DNA of 64,000 nt, taken from Octopus vulgaris (Eukaryota). The notes beneath the pieces were generated by a model, which saw only the letters and a list, made by a program, of their open reading frames with translations, did not search any database and was not told the origin of the DNA. The translations under genes and the position numbers were made by a program. The DNA lies in assembly GCA_951406725.2 (NCBI GenBank), contig OX597836.1:15562001-15626000 (forward strand), written 5' to 3'. Shown here piece by piece: positions 12,073-26,262 of this stretch. How positions within the stretch are numbered: the stretch's first letter is position 1; each line of letters starts with the position of its first letter.

Positions 12073-15000
12073 CATATATACGACGGGCTTCTTTCAGTTT
12101 CCATCTACCAAATCCACTCACAAGGCTTTGGTCGGCCCGAGGCTATAGTAGAAGACACTAACCCAAGGTGCCACGCAGTGGGACTGAACCCGGAACCATG
12201 TGGTTGGTAAACAAGCTACTTACCACACAGCCACTCCTGTGCCTATTTATTCAAAAAAAATTTTCTTTTTTTTTTTGTTGTTGTTTTTGTAGTTTAGCCC
12301 ATGGCCTTGTGGTTAGGGTATTGCACTCATGAAAGCATGATTGCGATTTCAATTCCCAGAATGGATAGTGCATTATGTTCTTGAGCAGGACCCTTCATTT
12401 CATGCTGCTCCAATTCATTTGGCTGTAAATGAGTTCCAACAATAGTGGAGATCTTAAACCTACTACAAACTAGTGTTTCAGTTCCTCGTACTCTGGTCTT
12501 ATGAGTCCCACGGTTTATTAGAGACCTAAGTCTAAGTTTACTCCCAGCTTAACTCTGATCATGCACATCCATGATCAGTGCCATCTTTAGGGTCATTATG
12601 GGTGCAGGTGTTGTACCCAAAGAAATGAGGTCCCCCTTCTGCCCTCCGTATGTACAGAAGAAGTCACAGAAAGGATCATAACTCAATTAATTGGGAAGAG
12701 AGTTAATGTAGATGAGATGCAGTTTGGATTTGTACCAGGCAGGAGCATGACTGATGCTATATTCCTAGTTAGACAACTGCAGGAGAAATATCTAGCCAAA
12801 AATAAGCTTTTATACCTGGCTTTTGTCGACATGAAGAAAGCCTTTGACAGAGTCCCGTGCTCCCTTATCTGGCGGTCAGTGCAGAAGCTAGGGATAGCCG
12901 AGTAGTTGGTGAGAGCTATTACAAGCCATGTACAGAGATGAAAAATGATAATGTATATGGATGGCTTTCATGTCTAATGATTTGTTTGAATGTAATCTCT
13001 GGTCTTACTTTTTATTTTGCAGACAGCACTTCATGGAGTACAGTGAGTAAACTGCCTCAGGTGCTCGTTAGGTTATCCCTGGAGAGTGAGACTGTCCCCA
13101 AAACGGTTATTGACTATTCTGACTTCAATTCTGTCATTTACAACAGGAAGGATAAATTTCAGGTACCAGCATACATCATTAGTTTTTCTTCCATATATAT
13201 GAAGGGAAGTAAAAAATTATCCACACTTTCTACATCACATATCTTCATGGATCTTTTCAGTTTGAACGGCAGTTTTTTCTAGCAGTATCATATGAAATTG
13301 TCACCCATAATTATGACCCTAGTATTGATCTATTGCATTTCAATCTGTTTTAGGGTTAGGGTTGGGGTGGGGGGAAGGGTATCTTTTTTTCTTCACAAAT
13401 GTAAATAAACCCGATCTATTTCTTAAACGAGGGACATATTCATACAGCACAGAATGCTTTTTACCTCAATAGACGTTAGTGATTGGTTGAAATTGCAGAA
13501 ATTGAAGAAAAAGAAACAAATATCTTAGAAACTATAGAATTTTCTCAATAAAGCCAAGAGAAAAAGATGTTTTATAAACACATTCTACCAGTAAACTGAA
13601 GTTTAAAGTTTTTTAGTTACCTAGAAATTATGTTAAAAATTGCTGTTCAAACCGAAAAGATCCTATCTTCATTATTGTCACACTGCTTTCTGCATGCGTA
13701 TAGTTGGCACTTTTGTGGTTATGTGATCGAAGTTTTGAGCCTCATCACACCATTTTCCTTTCTGGCTTTACAGTGAAAGTATGGCCACTCCACTAGTAAT
13801 GTTAACCAAAGAAAAACAAAGAGTAGTGATCCGAGAGATGGTTATGGTGAACCAGTTCACCATCACCATCTCATCAGTGGTGGAGGTTGAAAGGTGTCCT
13901 GCTCCCTCTTTGTGCATCACACTTGTCCGGCCACTTTTAAACTTCTTGATCCACTCGTACACACTTCTATGCGGTTGTGCACTGTCCTCGTATTGTGCTA
14001 AAAGCCTCCGATGAATTTCAGCATCTGCCAGCCTCGCCTGGTCCCCGTGCCAGTGGCACGTAACAAGCACCATCTGATCGTGGCCGTTTGCCAGCCTCGT
14101 CTGGCACCTGTGCCGGTGGCACGTAACAAGCACCATCCGATCGTGGCCGTTTGCCAGCCTCGTCTGGCACCTGTGCCGGTGGCATGTAAAAAGCACCATC
14201 CGATTGTGGCCGTTTGCCAGCCTGGCCTGGCCCCCGTGCCGGTGGCACGTAACAAGCACCATCCGATCATGGCCGTTTGCCAGCCTCGCCTGGCACCCAT
14301 GCCGGTGGCACGTAACAAGCACCATCCGATCGTGGCCGTTTGCCAGCCTCGTCTGGCACCTGTGCCAGTGGCACGTAACAAGCACCATCCGATCGTGGCC
14401 GTTTGCCAGCCTCGCCTGGCCCCCGTGCCGGTGGCACGTAACAAGCACCATCCGATCGTGGCCGTTTGCCAGCCTCGTCTGTCACCTGTGCCGGTGGCAC
14501 GTAACAAGCACCATCCGATTGTGGCCGTTTGCCAGCTTCGTCTGGCACCTGTGCCGGTGGCATGTAAAAAGCACCATCCGATTGTGGCCGTTTGCCAGCC
14601 TCGCCTGGCCCCCGTGCCGGTGGCACGTAACAAGCACCATCCGATCGTGGCCGTTTGCCAGCCTGGCCTGGCCCCTGTGCCGGTGGCACGTAACAAGCAC
14701 CATCCGATCGTGGCCGTTTGCCAGCCCCGCCTGGCCTCCGTGCCGGTGGCACGTAACAAGCACCATCCGATCATGGCCGTTTGCCAGCCTCGCCTGGCCC
14801 CCGTGCCGGTGGCACGTAAAAAGCACCATCTAATCGTGGCCGTTTGCCAGCCTCGTCTGGCACCTGTGCTGGTGGCACGTAAAAAGCACCCACTACACTC
14901 ACAGAGTGGTTGGCATTAGGAAGGGCATTCAGCCGTAGAAACATTGCCAGATCAGACTGGGCCTGGTGCAGCCTTCTGGCTTCCCAGACCCCAGTCGAAT

Positions 15001-16283
15001 TGTCCAACCCATGCTAACATGGAAAGCGGACACTAAACGATGATGATGATGACACACCTTCCAACCAGAGAAATCAGATCTCTGCTCTTTGTTTGTTCTT
15101 CTGTGGTGCACATTGCTAGTGGAGCAGCCAGGCTTACACTAAAACCAGAAAGAAAAATGGTGCGATCAGGCTCAAACTTTGATCACGGGACTATAATTGC
15201 ACCAGCTATAAGCACACATGCACAGAAAGCAGTGGGACAATAATAAAGATATGTTATAGTGAAAGTGGATAATTTTTTACTTCCCCTTGTATGTAAGTAT
15301 ATGTATGTATGTATATGTATATGCATGTATGTATATGTATGTATATGTATGTATGTATATGTATGTATGTATATGTATGTATGTATATATATGTATGTAT
15401 ATGTATATGCATGTATGTATGTATATGTATGTATATGTATATGTATGTATATGTATGTATGTATATGTATGTATATGTATGTATATGTATGTATGTATGT
15501 ATGTATGTATAGGTATGTATATGTATGTATATGTATGCATGTATATGTAAAGGTGTGTGGCCTAGTGGTCAGGCTGTTACAGTCATGACTGCTAGATCGT
15601 AGGTTTGATTCCCAGTCAGAGCAGCACATTGTATTCTTGAGCAAAACACTTCATTTCATGTTGCTCCAGGCCCCCTTTTCAATCAGGGAAATGTTGGCCC
15701 ACTTGCGTAACCTGTTGGGTGGAATCATTTGAAGGCTAAAATTATGCAAAGCACATTGTGACTAGCGATGTGTAACAACATCTGATAGCCTGGTCAGTCA
15801 TATGATCATGTAATATACACATGAGTGTGTGTGTGTGTGTATGTGTGTGTGTACATAATATAAGGCATGGCTATGTGGTTTAAACTTGCTTCCCAACCAT
15901 GTGGTCTTGGGTTCAGTCCCACTGTACAGCATCTTGATCAAAGCTTTGTGAGTAGATTTGGTAGATGGAATCTGAAAGAAGTCTGCTGTATATCTGAGTG
16001 TTTGTACCCTTGAAATCATAGTCATGGTTGTTGTCAGTGTCATGTAAGTGGCACCCATACTGGTGGCACGTAAAAAGCACCCGTTGCACTCTTGGAGTGG
16101 TTGGTGTTAGGAAGGGCATCCAGCCACAATAGCCAGTGCCAAAATCAGACTGGAGCCTGGTGCAGCTCTCCAGCTTACCAGTCCCAATCAAGCCATCTAA
16201 ATCATGCCACCATGGAAAGCAGATGTTAATTGATGATGATAGTGATGTATGTATGTATGTATGTAGGTATGTATGTATGTATG

Positions 16284-16314
<31 letters not shown>

Positions 16315-18311
16315 TATGTATGTATGCATGTATGTATGTATGTATGTAATATGTATGTATGTATGTATGTAACATGTATGTATATATGTATACTATGTAT
16401 GTATGTATGTATGCATGTATGTATGTATGTATGTAATGTATGTATGTATGTAATATGTATATATGTATGTATGTAATATGTATGTATGTAATGTATGTAT
16501 GTATGTATGCATGCATGCATGCATGTATGTATGCATGCATGTATGATGTATGTATGATGTATGTATGTATGTATGCATGTATGTATGTGTGATGTATGTA
16601 TGCATGTATGTATGTGTGATGTAAGTATGCATGCATGTATGTATGTACGTACGTATGTATGTATGATGTATATATGTATGTATGTATGCATGTATGTATG
16701 ATGTATGTATGATGTATGTATGTATGTATGATGTATGCATGTATGTATATACGTGTACATTTTACACATTTTTTTGTACGTCACCACTGTTTTCTGTGAC
16801 TTTTTATTGTTGTAAATACTTTTGTGGTTCTTGTGGCCAATAAAGAAAGAATTATTATTTTCATTATTAAGGTAGAAAGCTGGCAGAATCGTTAGCTTCT
16901 CAGACAAAATGGTTAGCATCATTTCATTCATCTTTACATTCAAAGGTGAAACGCTGCTAAGGTCAACATTGCCTTTCATCCTTTTGGGGTTGATAAAAAG
17001 AGTACCAGCCAAGTATTGGGTCCACCACCACATCCTTCCCCCAAATTTCAGGCCTTGTGCCTATGGCAGAAAGGATTTTCATTATTTTTATTAACAGCCA
17101 GGTCGTTGCCAGTATCGCCCAACTGGCCCCCGTGCAGGTGGCACGTAAAAGCACCCATGTGCTAAGGTCAACATTGCCTTTCATCCTTTTGGGGTTGATA
17201 AGAAGAGTACCAGCCAAGTATTGGGTCAACCACCACATCCTTCCTCCAAATTTCAGGCCTTGTCCTTGTGCCTATGGCAGAAAGGATTTTCATTATTTTT
17301 ATTAACAGCGAGGTCGTTGCCAGTACCGCCCGACTGGCCCCCATGCAGGTGGCACGTAAAAGCATCCACAACACTCTCGGAGTGGTTGGCGTTAGGAAGG
17401 GCATCCAGCTGTAGAAGCTCTGCCAGATCAAGATTGGAGCCTGGTGCAGCCATCTGGTTTGCCAGTTCTCAGTCAAATCGTCCAACCCATGTTAGCATGG
17501 AAAGCGGACGTTAAACGAACGATGTTGCAAGCTGGCAGAATCATTAACAGCATTTCGCCCATCTTCATGTTCTGAGTTCAAATTCCACTGAGGTCAACTT
17601 TTCCTTCAGGGTTGATAAGATAAGTACCAGTTGAGCACTGGGGGGGGGTCGATGTAATTGGTGTATCTCCTTTCCTGAAATTGCTTGCCTTTTGCCAAAA
17701 TTTGAAACCATTATTACTGAGAAGGCGGCAAGCTGGCAGAATCATTAGCATCCTAGATAAAACGGTGAATAGCATTTTGCTTTGGCAGTTGATGAAATAA
17801 ATACCAGTTATGCACTGGGGTTGATGTAATCAGCTAGCCTCCAACCAAAAAAAAAAAAAAAATTTCAGGCATTGTGTCTATAGCAGAAAGGAATAATTCT
17901 TAAGGCAATGTCCTGGCAGAATGGTTAGCATACTTAGCGCCATTTCGTTTGTCTTTACACGCAAAGTTCAAATTTTGCCGAGGTCAACTTTGCCTTTCAT
18001 CCTTTCGGTTTCAATGACATTAGTACCAGCTAAGCGCTAGTGAGGATGTAACCAACTATCTACCCCCCCCCCCGCCAGTAAAATTTCAGGTCTTGTACCT
18101 ATAGTAGACAGGATTATTGTTATTGTTGTTGTTGATGTTGTTGCTGTTGTTTCTTTTTACATTCAATAGACTAAATATTCATTTTTCAGCCGCCACCCGG
18201 AGTTGCATGCCAGAGAAATGGCACAAGCATTCCTATACTTCCAGATTTCTTTAAACTCAAGACTGAACTGATAATCAGACAGTCACACGAAACAACATAC
18301 TTTGATGTAAG

Positions 18312-18353
<42 letters not shown>

Positions 18354-19464
18354 CTCCCTCCTCCACCACTTTGTTCTTCTTTTTCCATTCTTCCTCCTAC
18401 TTTCTCCTCCTTGTGTCAGTGATGTCTCTTCGTAGAAAAGCCAAAGTCTTAGTAAGTAGGAAGGCTGACAAATTACAAGCCCCCTCAGGTAGATGGCCCT
18501 TCTTGATCTGTAGAAAAGACATGGGTAGAAACTCCATACGATGTACCCGGTGTAAGCTGTGGACACGTAAAAGGTGCAGCAATATCAAAGAAAGGTTAAC
18601 CGAGAAGATAGTTTTCGTGTGTGGCAGATGCACAGGGGCAATAAACACTAAAGGTGTACAGAAAACAGATTACATCACATGCCACTGGGAAAAACTAGAA
18701 GTAGTTGATGACTTCTTCTATCTAGGTGACCAAGTCTGTAGTGGGGGTGGTTGTTCTGAAAGTGTTGTGGCTAGAATAAGAATAGCCTGGGCAAAGTTCA
18801 TGGAGCTTCTACCTCTGCTGGCAGCTAAGGGCCACATGCTCAGGATGAAAGGTAGACTGTGTAATGCATGTGTGCGAACTGCTATGCTACACAGCAGTGA
18901 AACATGAGCCATGATTGCTGAGGAGATGCATAGGCTTAAAAGAAATGAAGCTAGTATGATCTGCTGGATGTGTAATGTCAATGTGCATACATGACAGTGT
19001 AAGCGCCCTGAGAGAAAAGTTGGACATAAGAAGCATCAAATGTGATGTGCAAGAGAGACGACTGTGCTGGTATGGTCATGTGTTATGTATGGATGAGGTC
19101 AGCTGTGTGAAGAAGTGCCACACCCTAACTGTGGAAGAGGTAGACCCAGGAAGACATGGGATGAGGTAGTGAAGCATGATCTTTGAATGTTGGAGATATG
19201 CTGTGATTGAGAAGACCTGGCAACTAAAGTGAGATCGCAGCTATGGGCAATGCCAGTGTTGCATGTCCAGCCCTTTTAAAAGTATTCTTGATGCGTTGGG
19301 CGATATGTGCTTGAGAAGTCCTGTTAATCAAATAAAACCAAAATTGTAGTTGTGGCCAGTGCCCCCGACTGGCATCTGTGCCAGTGGCACGTAAAATGCA
19401 CCATCTGAATATAGTTGATGCCAGTGCCCCCAGACGTTAAACGATGATGATGATGATGGTGATG

Positions 19465-19498
<34 letters not shown>

Positions 19499-21399
19499 AT
19501 ACATAAAAAAATCTTGCACATATATATATATATATATATATATACACTTACAACAGGCTTCTTTCAGTTTCCATCTACCAAATCAACTCACAAGGCTTTG
19601 GTTGGCCTGAGGCTATAGTAGAAAAATCTTGCTCAAGGTGCCAGGCATTGAGAATGAACTCATTGGGAAGTAAGAACAGTGTAACAGTGTGTTTTAACAG
19701 TGCCAGATTGCAACAATATTCTTTTGATTAGATTAACCCCAGTACACAACTGGTACTTAATTTATTGATCTCTAAAGTATGAAAGGCAAAGTCAACCTTG
19801 GTGGAATTTGAACTCAGACAAAATACTTATTTCTTTACTACCCACAAGGGGCTAAACACAGAGAGGACAAACAAGGACAGACAAACGGATTAAGTCGATT
19901 ACATCGACCCCCAGTGCGTAACTGGTACTTAATTTATCGACCCGAAAGGATGAAAGGCAAAGTCGACCTCGGTGGAATTTGAACCCAGAATGTAGCGGCA
20001 GACGAAATACCTATTTCTTTACTACCCACAAGGGGCTAAACACAGAGAGGACAAACAAGGACAGACAAACGGATTAAGTCGATTACATCGACCCCCAGTG
20101 CGTAACTGGTACTTAATTTATCGACCCCGAAAGGATGAAAGGCAAAGTCGACCTCGGTGGAATTTGAACCCAGAATGTAGCGGCAGACGAAATACCTATT
20201 TCTTTACTACCCACAAGGGGCTAAACACAGAGAGGACAAACAAGGACAGACAAACGGATTAAGTCGATTACATCGACCCCCAGTGCGTAACTGGTACTTA
20301 ATTTATCGACCCCGAAAGGATGAAAGGCAAAGTCGACCTCGGCGGAATCTGAACCCAGAACGTAGCGGCAGACGAAATGCTGCTAAGCATTTCGCCCGGC
20401 GTGCTAACGTTTCTGCCAGCTCACCACCTTAATATTGCAACAATATTACCAACACCACCACCACGGCCACCACCACCAACATCAGTTACTGCTGTTGTTG
20501 CTAGTTTGAAGAATCTCAAATACAACTGAAAGTTACAGTTTTTTACACTTGCAGCGTTCCATAAATTTTGATCACAGCTCAGAGAGCTCTCTAGGGATTC
20601 ATGGATCCAAGGTTGAAAAGAACAAGAAAAACAGCATTGATGTAGAGGCTCCCTCGATATGTGTGCGTGGGTGGTAAGACTTACTGGCTACTGTTAGTCT
20701 CAGAGTGTCATTCTGAACTAGGAATCGGTCATGTTTGAAGACTGCAAGCTGCTATCGTCTTTGTCTTTGATCATGTTGGATGGAATATTCAGGAAATGAA
20801 AAAAGAACAATTAATTTAGTCTGTGGTGGTGGCGGCATCAGCAGCAGCGGCAGCAGCAGCAGCAGAATGGGTGGTAGGTGGTGGTGGAGAAATGTCCTAG
20901 GATTCTTCAAAGCAACAAAAGCAGTAGCAGCAGTAGTAGGTTTTTGTAGTTTTTGTTGTTGTTGTGGTGGTGGTGGTGACGGTGGTGGCAGTAGTGATGA
21001 CAGTAGATGGTGGTGGGGGTGTAGCTAAAGAGCTTACTTCCCAGCTATGTGGTCTTGAGTTCAGTCCCACAGCCCTGCACCTTGGGCAAGTGTCTTCTAC
21101 TATACCCCAGGCCAACAAAAGCCTTCTAAGTGGATATGATAAATGAAAACTGTAGGAAGCCTGTCGTGTATGTTATATACTCTTACTCTTTACTCTTTTA
21201 CTTGTTTCAGTCATTTGACTGCGGCCATGCTGGAGCACCGCCTTTAGTCGAGCAAATCGACCCCGGGACTTATTCTTTGTAAGCCCAGTACTTATTTTAT
21301 CGGTCTCTTTTGCCGAACCGCTAAGTGACGGGGACGTAAACACACCAGCATCGATTGTCAAGCAATGCTAGGGGGACAAACACAGACACACAAACATAT

Positions 21400-21464
<65 letters not shown>

Positions 21465-23362
21465 CATATATAGGACAAGCTTCTTTCAGTTTCCGTCTAC
21501 CAAATCCACTCACAAGGCATTGGTCGGCCCGAGGCTATAGCAGAAGACACTTGTCCAAGGTGCCACGCAGTTTGACTGAACCCAGAACCATGTGGTTGGT
21601 AAGCAAGCTACTTACCACATAGCCACTCCTGCGCCTATAAGATTAAGATTAATGTAAAAAATAATGTGTTTTTATTGGCTAAACTGGCAACATGATCAAT
21701 AGTTATTCCTGTGACTTTCATCGCCTGGTCCACCAGAAGTCTTCCCCATGCGCATGTGCGGGAAACTGACCCCTAAAACCACAGTCCACTCACTCACTCT
21801 CTCTGGCCCTTTCAGCCCTCGTGAACAGACGTGTATTTGGTAGTCTCTGAGAACTCTACACTGGCTTAGCAATGGACCACATCGAATCACTTCAATCAAC
21901 CAACAAGAAGCAGTACAAAGATTCGGCTGTCGTTTCCCCTCAGAAAATACGTACACCATCACGAGTAATAAACGACAATTTGCTGTCTTTCCCAGATAAC
22001 CTGACTTCGTCTGTTATATCTAACTAAATTGAATGTGACGGGATCGGATCGGACACCCCTTCAGTGATACCGATTCCAGATCCTGTTACAGATGCAATGA
22101 TATCAGTCAGATGTTCTTAAATCTGAAAATAAGCACACTCTAAAACATTAGAGCAGTAATACTTAAAAATTTGTTGATTGCGGCCAGTGAGAGAGTGACC
22201 ATTGGTTTCCCACCTATAGGGTCCTTAGCAGTATAGGTAACTTGACAAACTGGACGTAGGAAAGAGTCTAGGTCGGCTGGTGTTGTAAACAAAATATCCC
22301 AAAACAAAATATTACTGCTCAGTAATTTGAGTTTGATGGGTCCTGTACTGCTAAGAAACTCAGAGGTGTGAAACCGATGGTCATTTTCTGACATGCCTTA
22401 ATCAACACCCATTTAAGTTATCATCATCATCATCAGTTAACATCCGTTTTCAATTGCTGGCATGGGTTGGACAGTTTGGCAGGATCTGGCCAGCTGGAGA
22501 GCTGCTCGGGCTCCATGTCTGCCTTGGCATGGCTTTTATGGTTGGATGCCCTTCCTAATGCCAACCACTATAGAGAGTGTACTGGGTCCTTTTATGCAGC
22601 ACTGAAACAGGTGCTTTTTATGTGGCACCGCACCCATGAGTCCACAAGACTAGGCAGGCTCAATTGAAGAGGGATGCAGGAGACATGCCTGTATGCAAGG
22701 ATGACCATGTATTTACTTAGCTTGATGTATCTTCCCAAGCACAGCAAACCGCCAAAAGTATCAGTCCTCTGTCATCTCCTCTGTGAGGCCCAGCATCTGA
22801 AGATTTTTTCTCATCATTTTGTCCCTCATCTTCCTGGGTCAAAAGACCCTCAAATCATTTGTGATTATACTGCACTTTAACCCCGAGTCATTTAAAAAAA
22901 AATTTGTCTTTTACATGCAGAATTTCTATGATCACACTATGCAGAATGTCCTTCTGTTTCTGAATATGGTAAGGTGTGATTTCACTGCTGTTTCTAGCAG
23001 GTTGAGCAATCACCTAGCTGCTCCTTAGTGATATGAGAGTGGTAAGGATGGTGATAATTGTAAAAGTTGTGGCAATAAAGTACCAGTTATGTACTGGGGT
23101 CAATGTAATCGACTTAATCTGTTTGTCTGTCCTTGTTTGTCCCCTCTGTGTTTAGCCCCTTGTGGGCAATAAAGAAATACATATTTCATCTGCCGTTACG
23201 TTCTGGGTTCAAATTCCGCCAAGATCGACTTTGCTTTTCATCCTTTCGGGGTTGATAAATTAAGTACCAGTTACGCACTGGGGTCAATGTAATCGACTTA
23301 ATCCGTTTGTCTGTCCTTGTTTGTCCCCTCTGTATTTAGCCCCTTGTAGGTAATAAAGAAAT

Positions 23363-23410
<48 letters not shown>

Positions 23411-23489
23411 CAGCAGCAGCAGCTGTAGTAGCAGCAGCAGTTGTAGCAGTAGCAGCAATGATGGTGATTGTAGTAGTAGCATTATTATT

Positions 23490-23521
<32 letters not shown>

Positions 23522-23943
23522 TATTAGTATTATTATTAGTAGTAGTAGTAGTAGTAGTAGCAGCGGCGGCGGCGGCGGTGGTGGTGGTGGTGGTGGTGGT
23601 GGTGGCGGTAGTAATTTTGATGGGCAATCAATGATGTTTTGCATTTCTTTGACATCGAAGAGAGGAATGGTGTTGTGTAAGGGTGGGGAGTGAAGATAAT
23701 ATGTCTGCATGTGTGTGTGTGTGTGTGTGTGCGTGCGTGTATACATGTAATTATGTCTGTCTGTCTATAGACAGACAGACAGACAGACAGGCAAGCAGAC
23801 AAGCAGTCAATAAATGAAAAAGAACATAAAGGAAAAATAATTATAAAGACAATAAAAAAACTGAAACATTTCAAAAAATCAATAGTTATTCCTTTTAGCA
23901 TTATGCCTATGTTAGAAAACAATTATTATTATTATTATTATTA

Positions 23944-23981
<38 letters not shown>

Positions 23982-25745
23982 TCATTTATGCACAACAGAT
24001 TAGACTGTTGGAAAAAATTCTTAGTATCAAGCAACAAGTAAACTTACGTGCCAAGAACCTTCCTAAGTATCCTAGCTGCCCCTAATTACACTGTTTTCCG
24101 GAGTTGCACTAAGCTGGCTTTTATACTTACTAGCAGTATCGCCCGGCGTTGCTCGGGTTTGTTTCGACCCTTTAGAATTGGAATTTTTGAAAAGTAAAAA
24201 ATTTGCATTATGTAGCTTGTTATTCTCTTTAAGTGAACATTTTTCTGGTTGAAATACACCGAAAAATGGCGACACAGCAATCAAAAAATCGTAAAAAATA
24301 GGGATTTTCATAGAAAAAAAGCACCTTTTTGATGTAAATAATTTTTGGTGTTAACATGGTCTGATTTGAATTTTTTCTTCTACGGAAGGAAGAGTAAACC
24401 TTCTTCTATCATACTCTCAATTTTGGTCAACTTGCATCGCAGGGTCTCGAAGGAGATAGTGTTAGTTGAAGGCTGCCAAACCTGCCACACAGACAGCTAC
24501 AGCTTTATACATGGAGATATCTTCTATCCATCTATTCAAATCTTTAGGGATAATTCCTAATACACCTATAACTACAGGGATACATTTTACCTGCACTTTC
24601 CATAACCTCTGTAACTCAATGGCAAGGTCCTGGTGCTTTGGCATTCTGTCATCATCATCATCATCGTTTAATGTCCGCTTTCCATGCTAGCATGAGTTGG
24701 ACGATTTGACTGAGGACTGGCGAATCAGATGGCTGCACCAGGCTCCAATCTTGATCTGGCAGAGTTTCTACAGCTAGATGCCCTTCCTAACGCCAACCAC
24801 TCCGGGAGTGTAGTGGGTACTTTTACGTGCCACCAGCATGAGGGCCAGTCAGGTGGTACTGGCTGTGGCTAAGCTCAAATGGTGATTTTTACATGCCACC
24901 TCTACAGGAGACCAGTCCAGCGGCACTGGCAACGACTTCACTCAAATGTTTTTACACGTGCCACCAGCACAAGTGCCAGTAAGGCGACGCTGGTAACGAT
25001 CACGCTCGAATGGTGCTTTTTATGTGCCACTGGTACGGAAACCAGTTAACTGCTCTGGCAATGATCACGCTCAGATGGTGCTCTTAACGCTCCACTAGCA
25101 CAGATGCCAGTCATCAAATTCGATTTCGATTTTGATTTCACTTGCCTCAACAGGTCTTCGCAAACAGAGTTTAGTGTCCAATGAAGGAAAGGTACACATA
25201 AGTGGGCTGGTTACACCCCTGGCATAGGCCACAAGGTTATGGTCTCACGTGGCTTGCCGGGTCTTCTCAAGCACAGCATATTTCCAAAGGTCTCGGTCAC
25301 TAGTCATTGCCTCGGTGAGGCCTAATGTTTGAAGGACGTGCTTCACCACCTCATCTCAGGTCTTCCTGGGTCCACCTCAGGTTCTCTCAACTGCTAGGGT
25401 GTGGCACTTTTTCACACAGCTATCCTCATCCATTCTTACCACATGACCATACCAGCACAACACTCACACATATGTCTGTACACACAGTACTTGTTAATGT
25501 TTATTACTGCCAGAGTATACTCTCTTTTACTCTTTTATTTGTTTCAGTCATTTGACTGCGACCATGCTGGAGCAATGCCTTTAGTCGAGCAAATCGACCC
25601 CCAGGACTTATTCTTTGTAAGCCCAGTACTTATTCTATTGGTCTCTTTTGCCGAACCGCTAAGTGATGGGGACGTAAACACGCCAGCATCGGTTGTCAAG
25701 CAATGCTAGGGGGACAAACACAGACACACAAACATATACATACAC

Positions 25746-25786
<41 letters not shown>

Positions 25787-25868
25787 GTGGGTACCTATCT
25801 GGCAGTATATTGGATATATATTATCCCATGGTGGGTTGAATTTTCAACCCCTATCTCATTTTATAACC

Positions 25869-25900
<32 letters not shown>

Positions 25901-26220
25901 TACGACAGGCTTCTTTCAGTTTCCGTCTACCAAATCCACTCACAAGGCATTGGTCGGGCCGGGGCTATAGCAGAAGACACTTGCCCAAGATGCCACGCAG
26001 TGGGACTGAAACCGGTACCATGTGGTTGGTAAGCAAGCTACTTACCACACAGCCACTCCTGAATTCATATCTATCAAGATTTTCTCTTACAGGAATTGTA
26101 TGACTATAAAACCAAGAGAGTTAAATTTGAATTCCACACACCATCTGGCAAGACAATAACTGAGGTACAGGACTTCCATACAGGTAAGGGCCATCTTTTT
26201 ATAAACGTCTGTTTGACTCT

Positions 26221-26262
<42 letters not shown>

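Larger units (their letters stand above)
13198..15292. mobile_element. Mariner-derived fold-back relic with nested insertions
   Basis: Inverted termini (ta)tgaagggaagtaaaaaattatccac / gtggataattttttacttccccttg(ta); minus-strand [36 protein letters not shown]; plus-strand [18 protein letters not shown]. Confidence 0.78.

Noticed and set aside
13350-13361. Telomere or chromosome-end signal near WASH1
   Set aside because: Only two TTAGGG units, and they lie inside a MITE.
14011-14919. Long overlapping ORFs (302, 258 and 227 aa) of 20-aa repeats, and a CRISPR-like look
   Set aside because: They result from a stop-free 60-bp tandem unit. There are no unique spacers or cas genes, the context is eukaryotic, and the array is part of an RTE 3' UTR.
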